From positions 9,920,001-9,984,000 of the forward strand of contig JAYWIR010000001.1 in NCBI GenBank assembly GCA_036172245.1: DNA of 64,000 bases, in the 5' to 3' direction. The stretch is from Raillietiella orientalis (lineage: Eukaryota). Positions 1-10,200 of the stretch are shown one piece after another; within the stretch, counting starts at the first letter, position 1, and the number at the start of each line of letters is the position of its first letter. Under the pieces are notes generated by a model that ran no database searches, was not told the DNA's origin, and saw only the letters and a program-made list of their open reading frames with translations. The translations under genes were made by a program, and so were the position numbers.

Positions 1-646
1 GTGACCACTGTTCGCGCAGTGCCACTTATTAGCCTCGAGTAGGCACGGGAACTTTCAAACGGCAAAACCCGACAAGGGTGACCTGGTTTATCCTGCGTGC
101 CGCACCGCCGGCTTCCTCCTTCCGCGTGCTCTCCCTCCTTCTCCGTCTGCACCACGGCGAAAAGCGGAATCCTCTCGTTCGAAAGTACGCGACTGTCTCG
201 TGACGTGGGAGTCGGCTCGGAAACGATCGAAGGGATTCCACTTCCGGGCTTCACATGAGCATTCTGGTACGTCGTCTCGCTTGGTCGCCACGCGAAGTCC
301 AGAGATGCATTCTCTAGCGCCGAGCGGGTGCATGCACTCCCTGTAGCGCACGTGATGATGATGATGCAAAGCCATTTGGCGAGGTCCCGGAAACTGAATT
401 CTGCCCGTGTGAGGAACCAGCACAATCACCGCCCCTGCTGTGTGTGAAGATTAACAAAAACTCCGCCACGCTGGCACGCGCGCACGGTAATGGCTGCAGA
501 ATTTGCATTTCGCTCTTTTCTTCCATTCCTCGAAGGGTCCGTTTGCAATTTGTTTTTGTTTTTTTTAAATCTGATTTCCGATCGCCACGCTCCAACACAG
601 ACCACTGCCATGGCTTACGTTTGAGCTCTGCGCACCTCACATGCAT
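1..646 (-). CDS. Partial gene for a probable secreted or membrane protein of unknown family; runs off the window start
   Basis: Exon 646-619 (ATG...AAA C|gtaagc, phase 1) joins the acceptor cacacgggcag|AA at 400. The frame then stays open to base 1: MHVRCAELKQFSFRDLAKWLCIIIITCATGSACTRSALENASLDFAWRPSETTYQNAH... The hydrophobic stretch looks like a signal peptide. It is absent from the ORF track because there is no stop in the window. Confidence 0.5.
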
Positions 647-2152
647 CTGAGGTTTCCTTTCAAGGAAGATTGGGAGGCCGCCTCGCAGGGAGGTGAAGAA
701 AGAAGAACTGTTAAGCACCGACTCTCACCAAGATAAAGGTGCGAACTGTAAGAAAACTGAGGGCGGGACAGAGAGACAGTAACGATGACGACGGTACTGA
801 ATGGTAACGACATCGCTTCAGGACTCGACGAGGTGGCTTTTTCGAAGACGGCTCTTCTGATGCAAGCACGAAGCTGCCAAGAATCTCCGTGCTAACAGAC
901 ACACGGACCAGGGCGCTCGGGCTGATGGAAAAGATGCTTCCTGTGCCCATCCTTTGCAAGCGCCTGCAACTTCTCTTGCGCGGATGTTCCGCGTCAGAGG
1001 TTCTCACGGAAAAGCGCGATCAAACTTCCCAGCTGCACTGCTTCTGCCGAACACGCGCGCTCGCAAAGAAGCACAAAGGCGGGAAAAGGAACAAACGGAG
1101 CCGACTCTCCGAGAAGCCTCTCAACACACTGCGATGTACGCCCCCACCTATACACGAGAGCGTGTTGTGTACACCGTGTCTACACCATCGATCCGTTCCC
1201 GCACGCAGCCGACGTTTTTCTCAAGCTGAAAACGTCGGCTGCATGCAAGAAGTTGAAAATCATGTAAGCTGCCAAAAGATCCCACGCGTGATTGTTTTGG
1301 AATGCAGGGATGGAAAACTCGTCTTTTATTGACGGATGCACCCACGCCAGGAAGCCTTCTCCTTGACGCGAGGATGCCACAAACCCGGAGGGGGGATCAG
1401 CAAAGCCTGGGCATTCCATCCGTTCGCAGGTCAATGCAATTTCCTGCAGTTGGTGGCAAAACACCATCCCGAGACACGCCCTCTTGAATCGTCAATCCGA
1501 AGGATTTTCAAGGACCAAACGCTGCCAGTTATGCAATACACCCAAAGGCTGGCACGCAGATCTGAAGCCGCAGTCTCTATGGTGAAATCTGGCCGCGATG
1601 CACTGAAATGCCCAATTACACCTCGCCTGCCACACACTCCGGCGAATGGAAACCACACCAACGGCTGTACACCTGGGAGATTTCACGTAAAGTAACATCC
1701 TTGTGGTAAAACGATGCCATCGGAAATGGCGCTCCGGCGTTCTGAATGCCCTGCTTTTCCCCATCAATTCTGCACGGCCGAAAACTCTGGAAATTTCATC
1801 TTATCTTTCATCTCGCATATTGGGTGAATTCAATCCGTTCAAGGGGACGCCGGGGCAACCGCAGTGGTCCACAACCGCCTTGGAGCAAAACTGCTTGCAG
1901 CGCTGCGAGCACATGCATGCCCTACGGCTTCCTCTGTTGCATCTTGGGTTCCTTGGAGGGAGGGAAGGCAGAGGGAGATGAGATGCAAAGGGGGAAACCT
2001 GGGACAATTCAGTTGTACCAATTCAATAATAGTTTCCGCTTGAAGAATTTTTTTCGTAATTGCTGTGTATTTGCAGATGCAGGTAATTTCAAAGCTCAAG
2101 AAAAAACTAAGAAATAAACTGCTCCAACACTTTCCTGGAGAGAGGGAAACAA

Positions 2153-3181
2153 TCACCACTTGACATTCCACGTATGTATTGTAAGATTCGGCAGATGATC
2201 CAGTATCGTGAGATCATGAAGAGATAAGGGTGCATCACCATCATTGTATTTCTTCAAGATGCTTTCCTTGAGAGTCAAATGCCGCAAATGGGGAAGATGG
2301 TCTTTCAAAAAATAAATATGACGCTGAGACGGTGATCGCAAACAAATATACTGCAAATGATATGGGGAAGATGGGCAATTCAACAAACAAAGTGCATCTA
2401 AAACTTCAGCCATCATCCAATAATAAAGGAATATGAGCCTGGGCAGCTGAGCCAGAAGCTGGCTTACAGTGGAAGGTGCCACTTCATAGCTATATCGAAG
2501 GTCAACCCACTGCAAATGGCGAAAGTTACCCAACAAAGTAACACCTTGTTCACTAAGGCGGAAGGGTGGCACACACAATTTTTGCAGAACTGGGCATATT
2601 TTTGAAATGTTCAACAGAAATGACTCATCCACCTTGGCTTTGCAAATGTTGAACATGTCGGCCATGTAAAGGCGAAAATCAATAGATGGTGCCAAGGGAT
2701 GGAATGCCAGTAGCAGTGTGCAAATGTAGCGATGGGGAGGGAAGAAACGGGAGTACACACACAGCATGTAATCCTGCACAAGAGGCATTGGGATGTGAAT
2801 GAGGAACTGTTTCAAGGAATCAGCTGATGCCTCCAGTTCGGAGAAGGATACCGGTGTTCCAGTCCAACACTCACAAACTGGGAACACTTGCTCCTCCACA
2901 TTCCTGGCAGACATTTTAGTGTTCCTCCCCATCTGCCCAAAAACTCTGACAATGTGTGACAGGTGAGAAGTCTTGCACATGCGACGGAAGTTCAAAACTT
3001 TGCTGTGGAGATGAATGCAAGCATCAATTACAGTGTTTGCCACTTTCATGACTGTCAAGTGTTTCAAGGAAGGCAGCTTATGGTCCACTTTCACCTTTGG
3101 AAACAAAAATTCGAGATCCATGAGAAAGTGTCGGTATGTGCAAAAGTGTCCTTCCAGACACTTGGCACAAAATTTTTCCAT
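2153..3181 (-). CDS. 342-aa protein with a BC-box-like motif and degenerate leucine-rich repeats; putative cullin-RING ligase substrate adaptor
   Basis: 1029-bp uninterrupted ORF in AT-rich, CpG-poor DNA like the neighbouring genes. LPSLKHLTVMKVAN resembles the elongin BC-box. LRR-like units: CPVLQKLCVP, FRHLQWVDLRY, LPRLIFL, LPHLRHLTL, LPNLTI. A possible 37-nt intron (2135-2171) would give the alternative end ...IHTKVLEQFIS* at 2107. Confidence 0.75.
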   Translation of the reverse strand: MEKFCAKCLEGHFCTYRHFLMDLEFLFPKVKVDHKLPSLKHLTVMKVANTVIDACIHLHSKVLNFRRMCKTSHLSHIVRVFGQMGRNTKMSARNVEEQVFPVCECWTGTPVSFSELEASADSLKQFLIHIPMPLVQDYMLCVYSRFFPPHRYICTLLLAFHPLAPSIDFRLYMADMFNICKAKVDESFLLNISKICPVLQKLCVPPFRLSEQGVTLLGNFRHLQWVDLRYSYEVAPSTVSQLLAQLPRLIFLYYWMMAEVLDALCLLNCPSSPYHLQYICLRSPSQRHIYFLKDHLPHLRHLTLKESILKKYNDGDAPLSLHDLTILDHLPNLTIHTWNVKW

Positions 3182-3262
3182 TGGAAATGAGCGATGAAAA
3201 CATGGAAAACCAATAATGAAACTGTTGCCATAGCAATACTAAAGAAAACATCAGATTGTGGA

Positions 3263-5667
3263 TCATGGATTCTCCAAGGTCATGGAAACATCATTAGAGG
3301 AGTTCAGTGAACTCAGCGTGCAGCTCACTCTACGCTGAGATATATCCCGCAGAAGAGCCTTCCCTTCCTCACGGGTCTAGAGTTGGCATAATGTATGTTA
3401 ATGGTGGCACTAGCAAGCAGCAGAACCTACCTCAAGATATTCAGTGCACTTCTGGGCATGTTCGTATGCTTCGTCCAAAGAACCCATCTTCAAATGATGG
3501 TTAGCCAAGAAAATGTGGGCATGAGCAGTCTCCTCTCCTTCTGCATCTCCTTCCATTTCAAACAGATATTTAGTGTATGCAGCAGCTGCCTTAGTGCTCT
3601 CAAAGAGACGTTCATACAACCTAGCAGAACCTTTTTACTAGACTCTCACATTCTACACCAGGGCACTCACTTTGCAAGCTTCAGGATAGCACTGCACTCA
3701 ATGTCGCCCACACTGTGTGCCTTCCAGAAGCATTTCTTTGCTTCCTGAAGCTTATCCATCTTTTCGTAAATGTCACCCATGGCCACCAGCATACGAGAGT
3801 CATTGGGACGCAGAAAATGAGCTTGTTTATAATAGTACAGAGAATAAAATGGCATTTTGAGCATTTCATATGTCTGTCCCAAGCCATACCATGCTCGAAA
3901 ATCACGTCTGTTGATCTCTGCAGACAGGGTTGTTAACAGAGAGAGTGCACTGGATAACAGCTTACCTATAGCTTGTCGGTAACTCTGAATAGCAGCATTG
4001 GTATTCTTTAATTCTACAAATTCATGACCAAGCAACGTCCATGCTGATAGGTAATATGGATTGAGGCGCAAGGCACGTTGAAAGTACACCACAGCCTTTT
4101 CATGCTGGGCATGGAGGCTGTAGTAGTTACCTTAAGCAGAGTCAAAAACATCCACAATGGAAACTCACCTATGACACAACAGGTTTCCACACGGTATTTA
4201 TCAATGTCTGCCAAATGGTGAGCCAGGACTGACAACTCCATTATCATATTCTTCACAAACAACAAATTGGAGTAAGTGTCCATGTTATCCACTCGGTATG
4301 GATCAATTCTTTGTACTTCTCGAAAACTATCCATGGCCAAATCCACTTCTGAAATTTGATGGAGACATGCATTTGATGAATGCAACAGCATCCATCAAGT
4401 ACCACGCATATTGTGATAGGCAAGAGCCACTTGTGCCAGAATATAAGTACTTTCCATCAATCCTTGCTCCAACAGGCTGTTATAAAGCTGAAGTGCTTCG
4501 TTATTCATCTGCAGCTCTAGGAATGTGTGTGCTAAAAAGAAGTGCTTCATCCAATGGTTGGGAAGCACTAAGCTATGCAGCTGATGGTACACTTTCTGCT
4601 TATTCCTTCTGAATACTCACATTCTCCCGGTCTGTAATCAAGGATGCTATTTCTATCCATGAACCCCAATGCAATGGTTCCAAATTTACTGCTTTCAGGA
4701 ACATTTCATAAGCTTCCTTTGATAAATTAAGTTTCTTTAAAATAATTCCCAATAGGTAAATGCAAAATCCATCTAATTTGTCTTGAAGAAGCAGCTTCAT
4801 CAAAGAGACCCTAAGTTCTTCCAGCTCTCCTGTTTCCTGGCTATCTGTCACAACTGGGAAACAAGCAACTCAATGTTACATTTGCTTCCAAAGTGGAAAA
4901 AACAAACAAACAAAGCAAACTAACTTAGAACATCAGCAACATTATCTTGTCTTTTCTTTTCAGATGATAAGTACTTGGAGTAGAAATGAAGAAACATAAC
5001 TCTGGAACTCTGATAATCCTTACTAAAAAATGCTGCCCTAAAAAGAAATTCAATTCCTTTCCTTACAGTTCCCTCCCCCCTCCTTCCCCTCTCATTACCG
5101 ATCAAATTCCTGCAAATCAAAATAACTTTTGATCAGGGGATAGTGCTCCTCATCATCATTACACGATGGCACATGTTTGCAGTTCAGTGGTATTGCCTTC
5201 AATGAGAACAGCAGCTCCGATATCCTGGAATAATTCCAACATTTAGAAACGGGGTAAGCTCTTGGAAAATCAAAATTCTGTCAACTCCACAAGGTCCGTG
5301 GTTTACCACCCGGGGATAAAGTCCGTGTTGGTGGGCCTTCATCCGTCCACGCCCACGTGGAGCAACTCACATCATTCGACACGACAAAGTTTAACAAAAA
5401 CAAGTTAAAAAACAAGTATTTCTTTTCAAAATGGCGAAAGACTGGGAAATCATCCGCCAGACCCACATACACACACCTCTTCTTGCACGACACACAACGA
5501 CACCCAAATCTGCCATTTTTTTTTTTTTTTTTTTACCATTTTGCACTTTTCTTCAGCCCCCTTTCGTGCGTCAGTTGAAAAGCTTTGATCAGATCTCCTT
5601 TGACATTTGCTAAATTCATTTCCTCGATGGATTTGTTCAAATCCATGAGCAGGCTGACGCTCTCCAT
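3263..5667 (-). CDS. CDC23: Cell division cycle protein 23 (APC/C subunit 8, TPR protein), 10 exons, ~558 aa
   Basis: Exons 5667-5537, 5224-5099, 5037-4925, 4853-4621, 4580-4403, 4348-4169, 4130-3966, 3917-3671, 3620-3431, 3376-3263. All introns are GT-AG and the total is 1677 nt in frame. Diagnostic motifs: [90 protein letters not shown]. The start could instead be the ATG at 5646. Confidence 0.96.
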
Positions 5668-6411
5668 CGGAAACGGCTCGCGCTCACTGCTCTTCTTCAC
5701 AACTCTGTGCTCAGCGATCATCGGGGAGTTCCCACGCACGGCGCGCCTCTGACAGACGACAGGGCATTTTGACTTGCCGCGAAAAGCAGCCGCCGGCGGC
5801 AGACAACGCTCGGCCGCGTTGCCGGAGGTGCCATCTCGAGTACCCCGAAATTACCCGCCGACCTTCCCCGGCTGGACCGGTGGACACCACGGTCCCCGTA
5901 GGGGTCGAGTGGACCCGCCGACAAGCTATGCCCGGACACCGGATGCAGATACCGGCGTAACTGAATCGTGCAACCGCCTATTGCTGTAGGGAGGGGGCAA
6001 TTGCCTTCGCGCACATCTAATCCTATTGACAATCAATTTCTTTTCGTAACTTGTGCACTCTCGAAGACCCCCCCCCGGAAAAATATATATATATATATAT
6101 GCCCCTGCCTTTTAACAGCAGAGAAGGGCGCAGGATTTCTTTTCTTCACATTCCCCGGGCTGGCGATGAAACTGTCTGCCTGTATGATAGGTAGAAAGAA
6201 CTGACTGGGGCTGATGTTCGATTTCATGATGTGGGGATGCTCCAGGGGATGCTCCAACCGTTTTCCCCTTTCGGAATCTCGAAGCTTTGTCAACTGGATG
6301 CTATTTAAGACGAGAACTGCAAGCATAGCCCAAGAGAAACCACTCAGCTGCATACGGTGGAACCCGTAGTAAACGTTCTTTTCATCAGCAGGGCTCTCCT
6401 CGTGAGGTCGC

Positions 6412-6643
6412 TTTTATTGGCCTAAAGTGATGGAAATTCTTTTGGGTTCTTCTGTTCTTGGTGCCTCCCTTCCAGCTTGTTTTGTGCTTTTTTTTTTGAT
6501 GGGGGCGGGGGGGTCTTAAGGAGTTCTGAGGAACCGTTCGTCTCCTTAAGGGGAGACTCACGAAGTTCTTTGACGCTGTCCACGCCATTAGAGGGTGCGT
6601 GTAACTCTTTCACCTTATAGGGGGTAACACCAGAGGGACCACC
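6412..6643 (-). other. Possible 3' terminal exon of an unresolved minus-strand gene
   Basis: Acceptor ttcatag| at 6643 opens the frame GGPSGVTPYKVKELHAPSNG...KNPKEFPSL* (stop at 6422), followed within ~10 nt by AATAAA. Upstream exons could not be joined convincingly. Confidence 0.25.
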
Positions 6644-7135
6644 CTATGAATCCAGGAAGGTTCCCGAGGAAGGAGTCCGTTCTTCTCACGCTTGGTACGG
6701 GACCCCGAAGCGAACCTCGTCCTTATTCTCTCCGGGCGGTCCCTCTGGTTTGTGGAAGTCGCTCCTGATTTTTCCTCCGGAAAGAACCTGCAAGAGAACC
6801 GCCCCTTCTTTTTTCCTTCTCTGAAGAGAACCCCGGAGGGACGCCTGAAAAAACGCTCCCCGAAGGGAGCAACTCACTTCTTGACACTCTGGAGAGGCAG
6901 TCCCCCGTGGGTGGTATCAACCAGCCCCATGGTACGCCTCCATCCTCACCCCCGGAGAGGAACGCTCCTTTATTTCTGGAAGTACCCCGGAAGGTCAACT
7001 TCCAATCCCAGCCACTCAACGGGGGCGGCCGGCTTCCACTAGTGCCTCCGTATCCGAAGCCCGTGGGCCAACCAAAGTCGTCTTGCGGGAGAGACTCGAA
7101 ACTAACGATGCACCCATCCTTCTGGCGTCGATCCT

Positions 7136-7210
7136 TCCCCGGGCGGGATTCGAACCCGCAACGCTTGGTGGTCCCACGAGCGGAGGTCGCAGCCACACGG
7201 TCGCCAGCGC
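7136..7210 (-). other. tRNA-like T-arm/Pol III B-box; possible SINE head or tRNA relic
   Basis: The minus strand has a perfect T-arm GCGGG-TTCGAAT-CCCGC (7159-7143) and a loose A-box-like TGGCGACCGTGTGG upstream. There is no matching acceptor stem, so it is not a full tRNA. Confidence 0.25.
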
Positions 7211-10200
7211 AGACCGTGGCCACGGTCCGCGAAGTAAGTTTTCTTACTGGTGCAGCGGATGACCTTTTCTCTCCTACCTCTGACTGAGTTCCGATGGCAA
7301 ATTTTACTTTGAAACCGTCCAGAGAGAGAGCATGCCGTAAGAATGGCTTCCAGTAAATGAGAAAAAAAAAAAAATTTCGACCGCAGTCGACGTTCGTTCC
7401 CATCCACCGGCGTACTGAGCTTCGCAAGTCATCCTGCGCAAGCACCACTCCACCGAAATCCTCTGGTTCATTTGCGAAGTTGCGGTTGGAAACGCCCCAG
7501 AGCGTTGGGAAAAATCTTCGCCACCGCTCTGTCGCTCCAGAGTCGTCGTTCGAAAGCTGCGGAATAAAACAGCAGATTGGTGTGGCACAGCTCCGGAATG
7601 ATTCCTCCTGTTCCTTCTGGTTGAGCCGTCCGCAAATTGCAGACAACCAGAGCAGCGTCCCCTACCGCCCTTTTGGGACCGAAAATGGAAGAATTGGGAA
7701 ACAGGGGTACCCCATGAGCCCAAGGAGGGACTTCGAGAGCATTCAGCAGTCGCCAGCGACTATTCAGCAGGAGCACTGGCTTCCCAACGGTCAGAAACGA
7801 AACGGTCTTTTAGGCACAGCCCTTGCTGGAGGCCGAGGGCTCAGTTGGCGTTCTCAGCTCTCGCAGAGTCACGTCGTGTCGGGAAGGGGGGAGGGGGCAA
7901 GTGCTTGGCTCCTCTCCTCAGGGTTCATCTCCCTGGAGATCCAACAGCAGTGAGCGACGAGTAGCTCCCACTGCATTCAGCACCCACCTCAAAAGGGAAA
8001 GAAAGGTGAGCGGTGTGGAAATAGGTGCCGCTGCATCTTCACAGTCAGTGAAGATTGTGAAGATGCTGTTTGGCTTGGCTCACCAAGTCCAACAGCACAG
8101 CCAGCGAGTATGGCTCAAAACCAGCATTTCACAATAAGAATCGAATCGCCGCCCTGGGCGTTGGCTGCCCTTCGAAAGCTGGAGGGTGTCGGGTATGACC
8201 TAGGAAGGAGAGAAAAAAGAAAAACTAAACAAAACTGCAAAGAGGACTGCAGGCGTCGATCCGAGCGTTGGAGGTTTGCTCGCAGGGATCGCGGGATTCA
8301 AGGAGCAGTGAAATCCCACGTGACCTGGGAATACACAGCGCCTGTGGAGACGTGATAGTGCGTTCCGGCACGGGAGGGAGTGCCGGACACACCGCCAGGG
8401 TCATCAGCGGCGCAGGCGGCCGCAAGAGGCTCGAAGAAAGCAGCACTGTCGTTTTCCAGGAGCGAACGTTCGGGGAAGATACAGCATCCTGGAGCACCGG
8501 TTGACCAGCGGGACCAGCCCGCCGCCGACGGAAAGTGGCAGAAGACGGTGAGCGCGCACAAGGAAGCCGCGGGGGTCTGCCGCGGGGGCCGAGCAAGGCG
8601 GTGCACGAACCCGTTCCGGCGTTCCCGTGCTTTCCAGAGTGCCCTGCTCGTCGCTGGACTCCCTCGGCCTCTGCACCATGTTCCCAAATACCTCCCCCCT
8701 CCTCTTCGTCCCCTGGAGAAGTGACAGGCGGGAGCGCGGGATGAAGGCACCTACCGAGCCCTGCAGCTCCTGCATCCTTCCCGTCGGACACGACACGCGC
8801 TCTGGAGCAGTGCCGTTCCTCCGAGCACCAGCTCCTGCCGATCGGCCCCAGCTGCGAGATTCCTCAATTTCGAGGAAGGGAGGGTGGGTCCAGGTAGTCA
8901 GAAATGATCGAGACGCGCTCATGCTCAGATGGTCGCGACGCACGTCCGTTCTCTCCGAAGCCTGCGAAACTTCGGGGCACGAGAGGGTGGGCGAGGGTGG
9001 GCGAAAGGCGGGGTATCGAAGGTTCTTCCCCTCTTCGCCTTCTCACCTGCCTCTCTCTCGGCCCATCCTGGAAAGGAACGAACGGCCTGGGAAGCTGAGC
9101 GAGCGCATTCAGCTCCCTCGAGACCTTTCCCTTAACAACCCTGGTAGCCAAGGGAACCGTCCAAAGGAATCGGGAGAACCGCTGGGTTGTCCGGTCGGGA
9201 TTGACCCCTGGGACTCCGAGTCCCCGTATTGTCCCTTGCGCCTGCTCTGGTCCTCAGTCTGCGACACAGCACTGTCCTCTTGCGCTGGGGTCTCCAGAGC
9301 AACGTGGCGAGGCGCTCGGTGCCCCCCTCCCCGCAAAGCTGCTGACGTGTCCTTCCCCCACCGACAGCCCGAAGGGCATCCTACTCGGCAACGGCGGCCC
9401 TCAGCCTCCTCCACGGGGTGGCCCCCTGAGGAATGCTCCCGGGAACCCAGCAAATCCGACAGTCGGCCTGAAGCATCGTCCTCCCGCTCTTGCTGGTCGC
9501 TGGCCAGAGTCAGACCACGGGACATCGTGCGCATCCACCGTCGCTCCTCGGGACCAACCGGAATTTCTGACCCAGACAAACCCCACTGCCTCCCCCCGCC
9601 CTTAATCCCCCCTCGAGATAAAGCCCTTGCGTGTTTATTCTGCGAGAGCCTCGGGGTCACCGGTTTCCAGGCCAGCGCCCTCGGAACGCGCCAAAGCACC
9701 AAAGCACCTTCAGCAAGTCCAGGAGGGCGTCCTCTCTCCCAAGGGGCGTGGCAGGGCCATCTCCGCTCCGGGCACCTGGGGACGGACTCTCTTCTCGCTC
9801 TCGGGGAGACTGCCCGCCGGCGGAGCTACCATGCACTCCTACCGTTTGACCTTCCTGCTGGTTCCACTCTCTCTCAGATACCGCGGCTTTGCCCTTGCCC
9901 CATTCCCTGGGGGAACACGCGTTTCCCTGCTTCCTCGGTCGCTCTTGGTTCCGTTCCGTGAGGTCGCGTGGCCGGCCTTCCCGACGAGCCCGCCGTTCTG
10001 CCAGCCTCGCATATCCCTTCTTCGTTCTTACCATCGCCGTTCCCATGACCACGGGAGCCATCGGGACACGAGTGCTGCCCCCCTTGCCCTGCCTTCTAAG
10101 TAGCGGTTCCAGTGGGGGCCCCTGAAAGATCACTTGCATCCTTTCCCAAACTCTCTTTCCAGGTCCTCGACATCCGGATTCGCAGCCTCTCTGCCCCTTC

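Noticed and set aside
88-429. His-run ORF (MALHHHHH...)
   Set aside because: The same bases read as LCIIIIT in a different frame that is open to the window edge and fits the splice phase.
3078-3266. 62-aa ORF overlapping the CDC23 stop
   Set aside because: It is out of frame with and overlaps the LRR ORF, with no recognisable features. It is noted only as a potential uORF.
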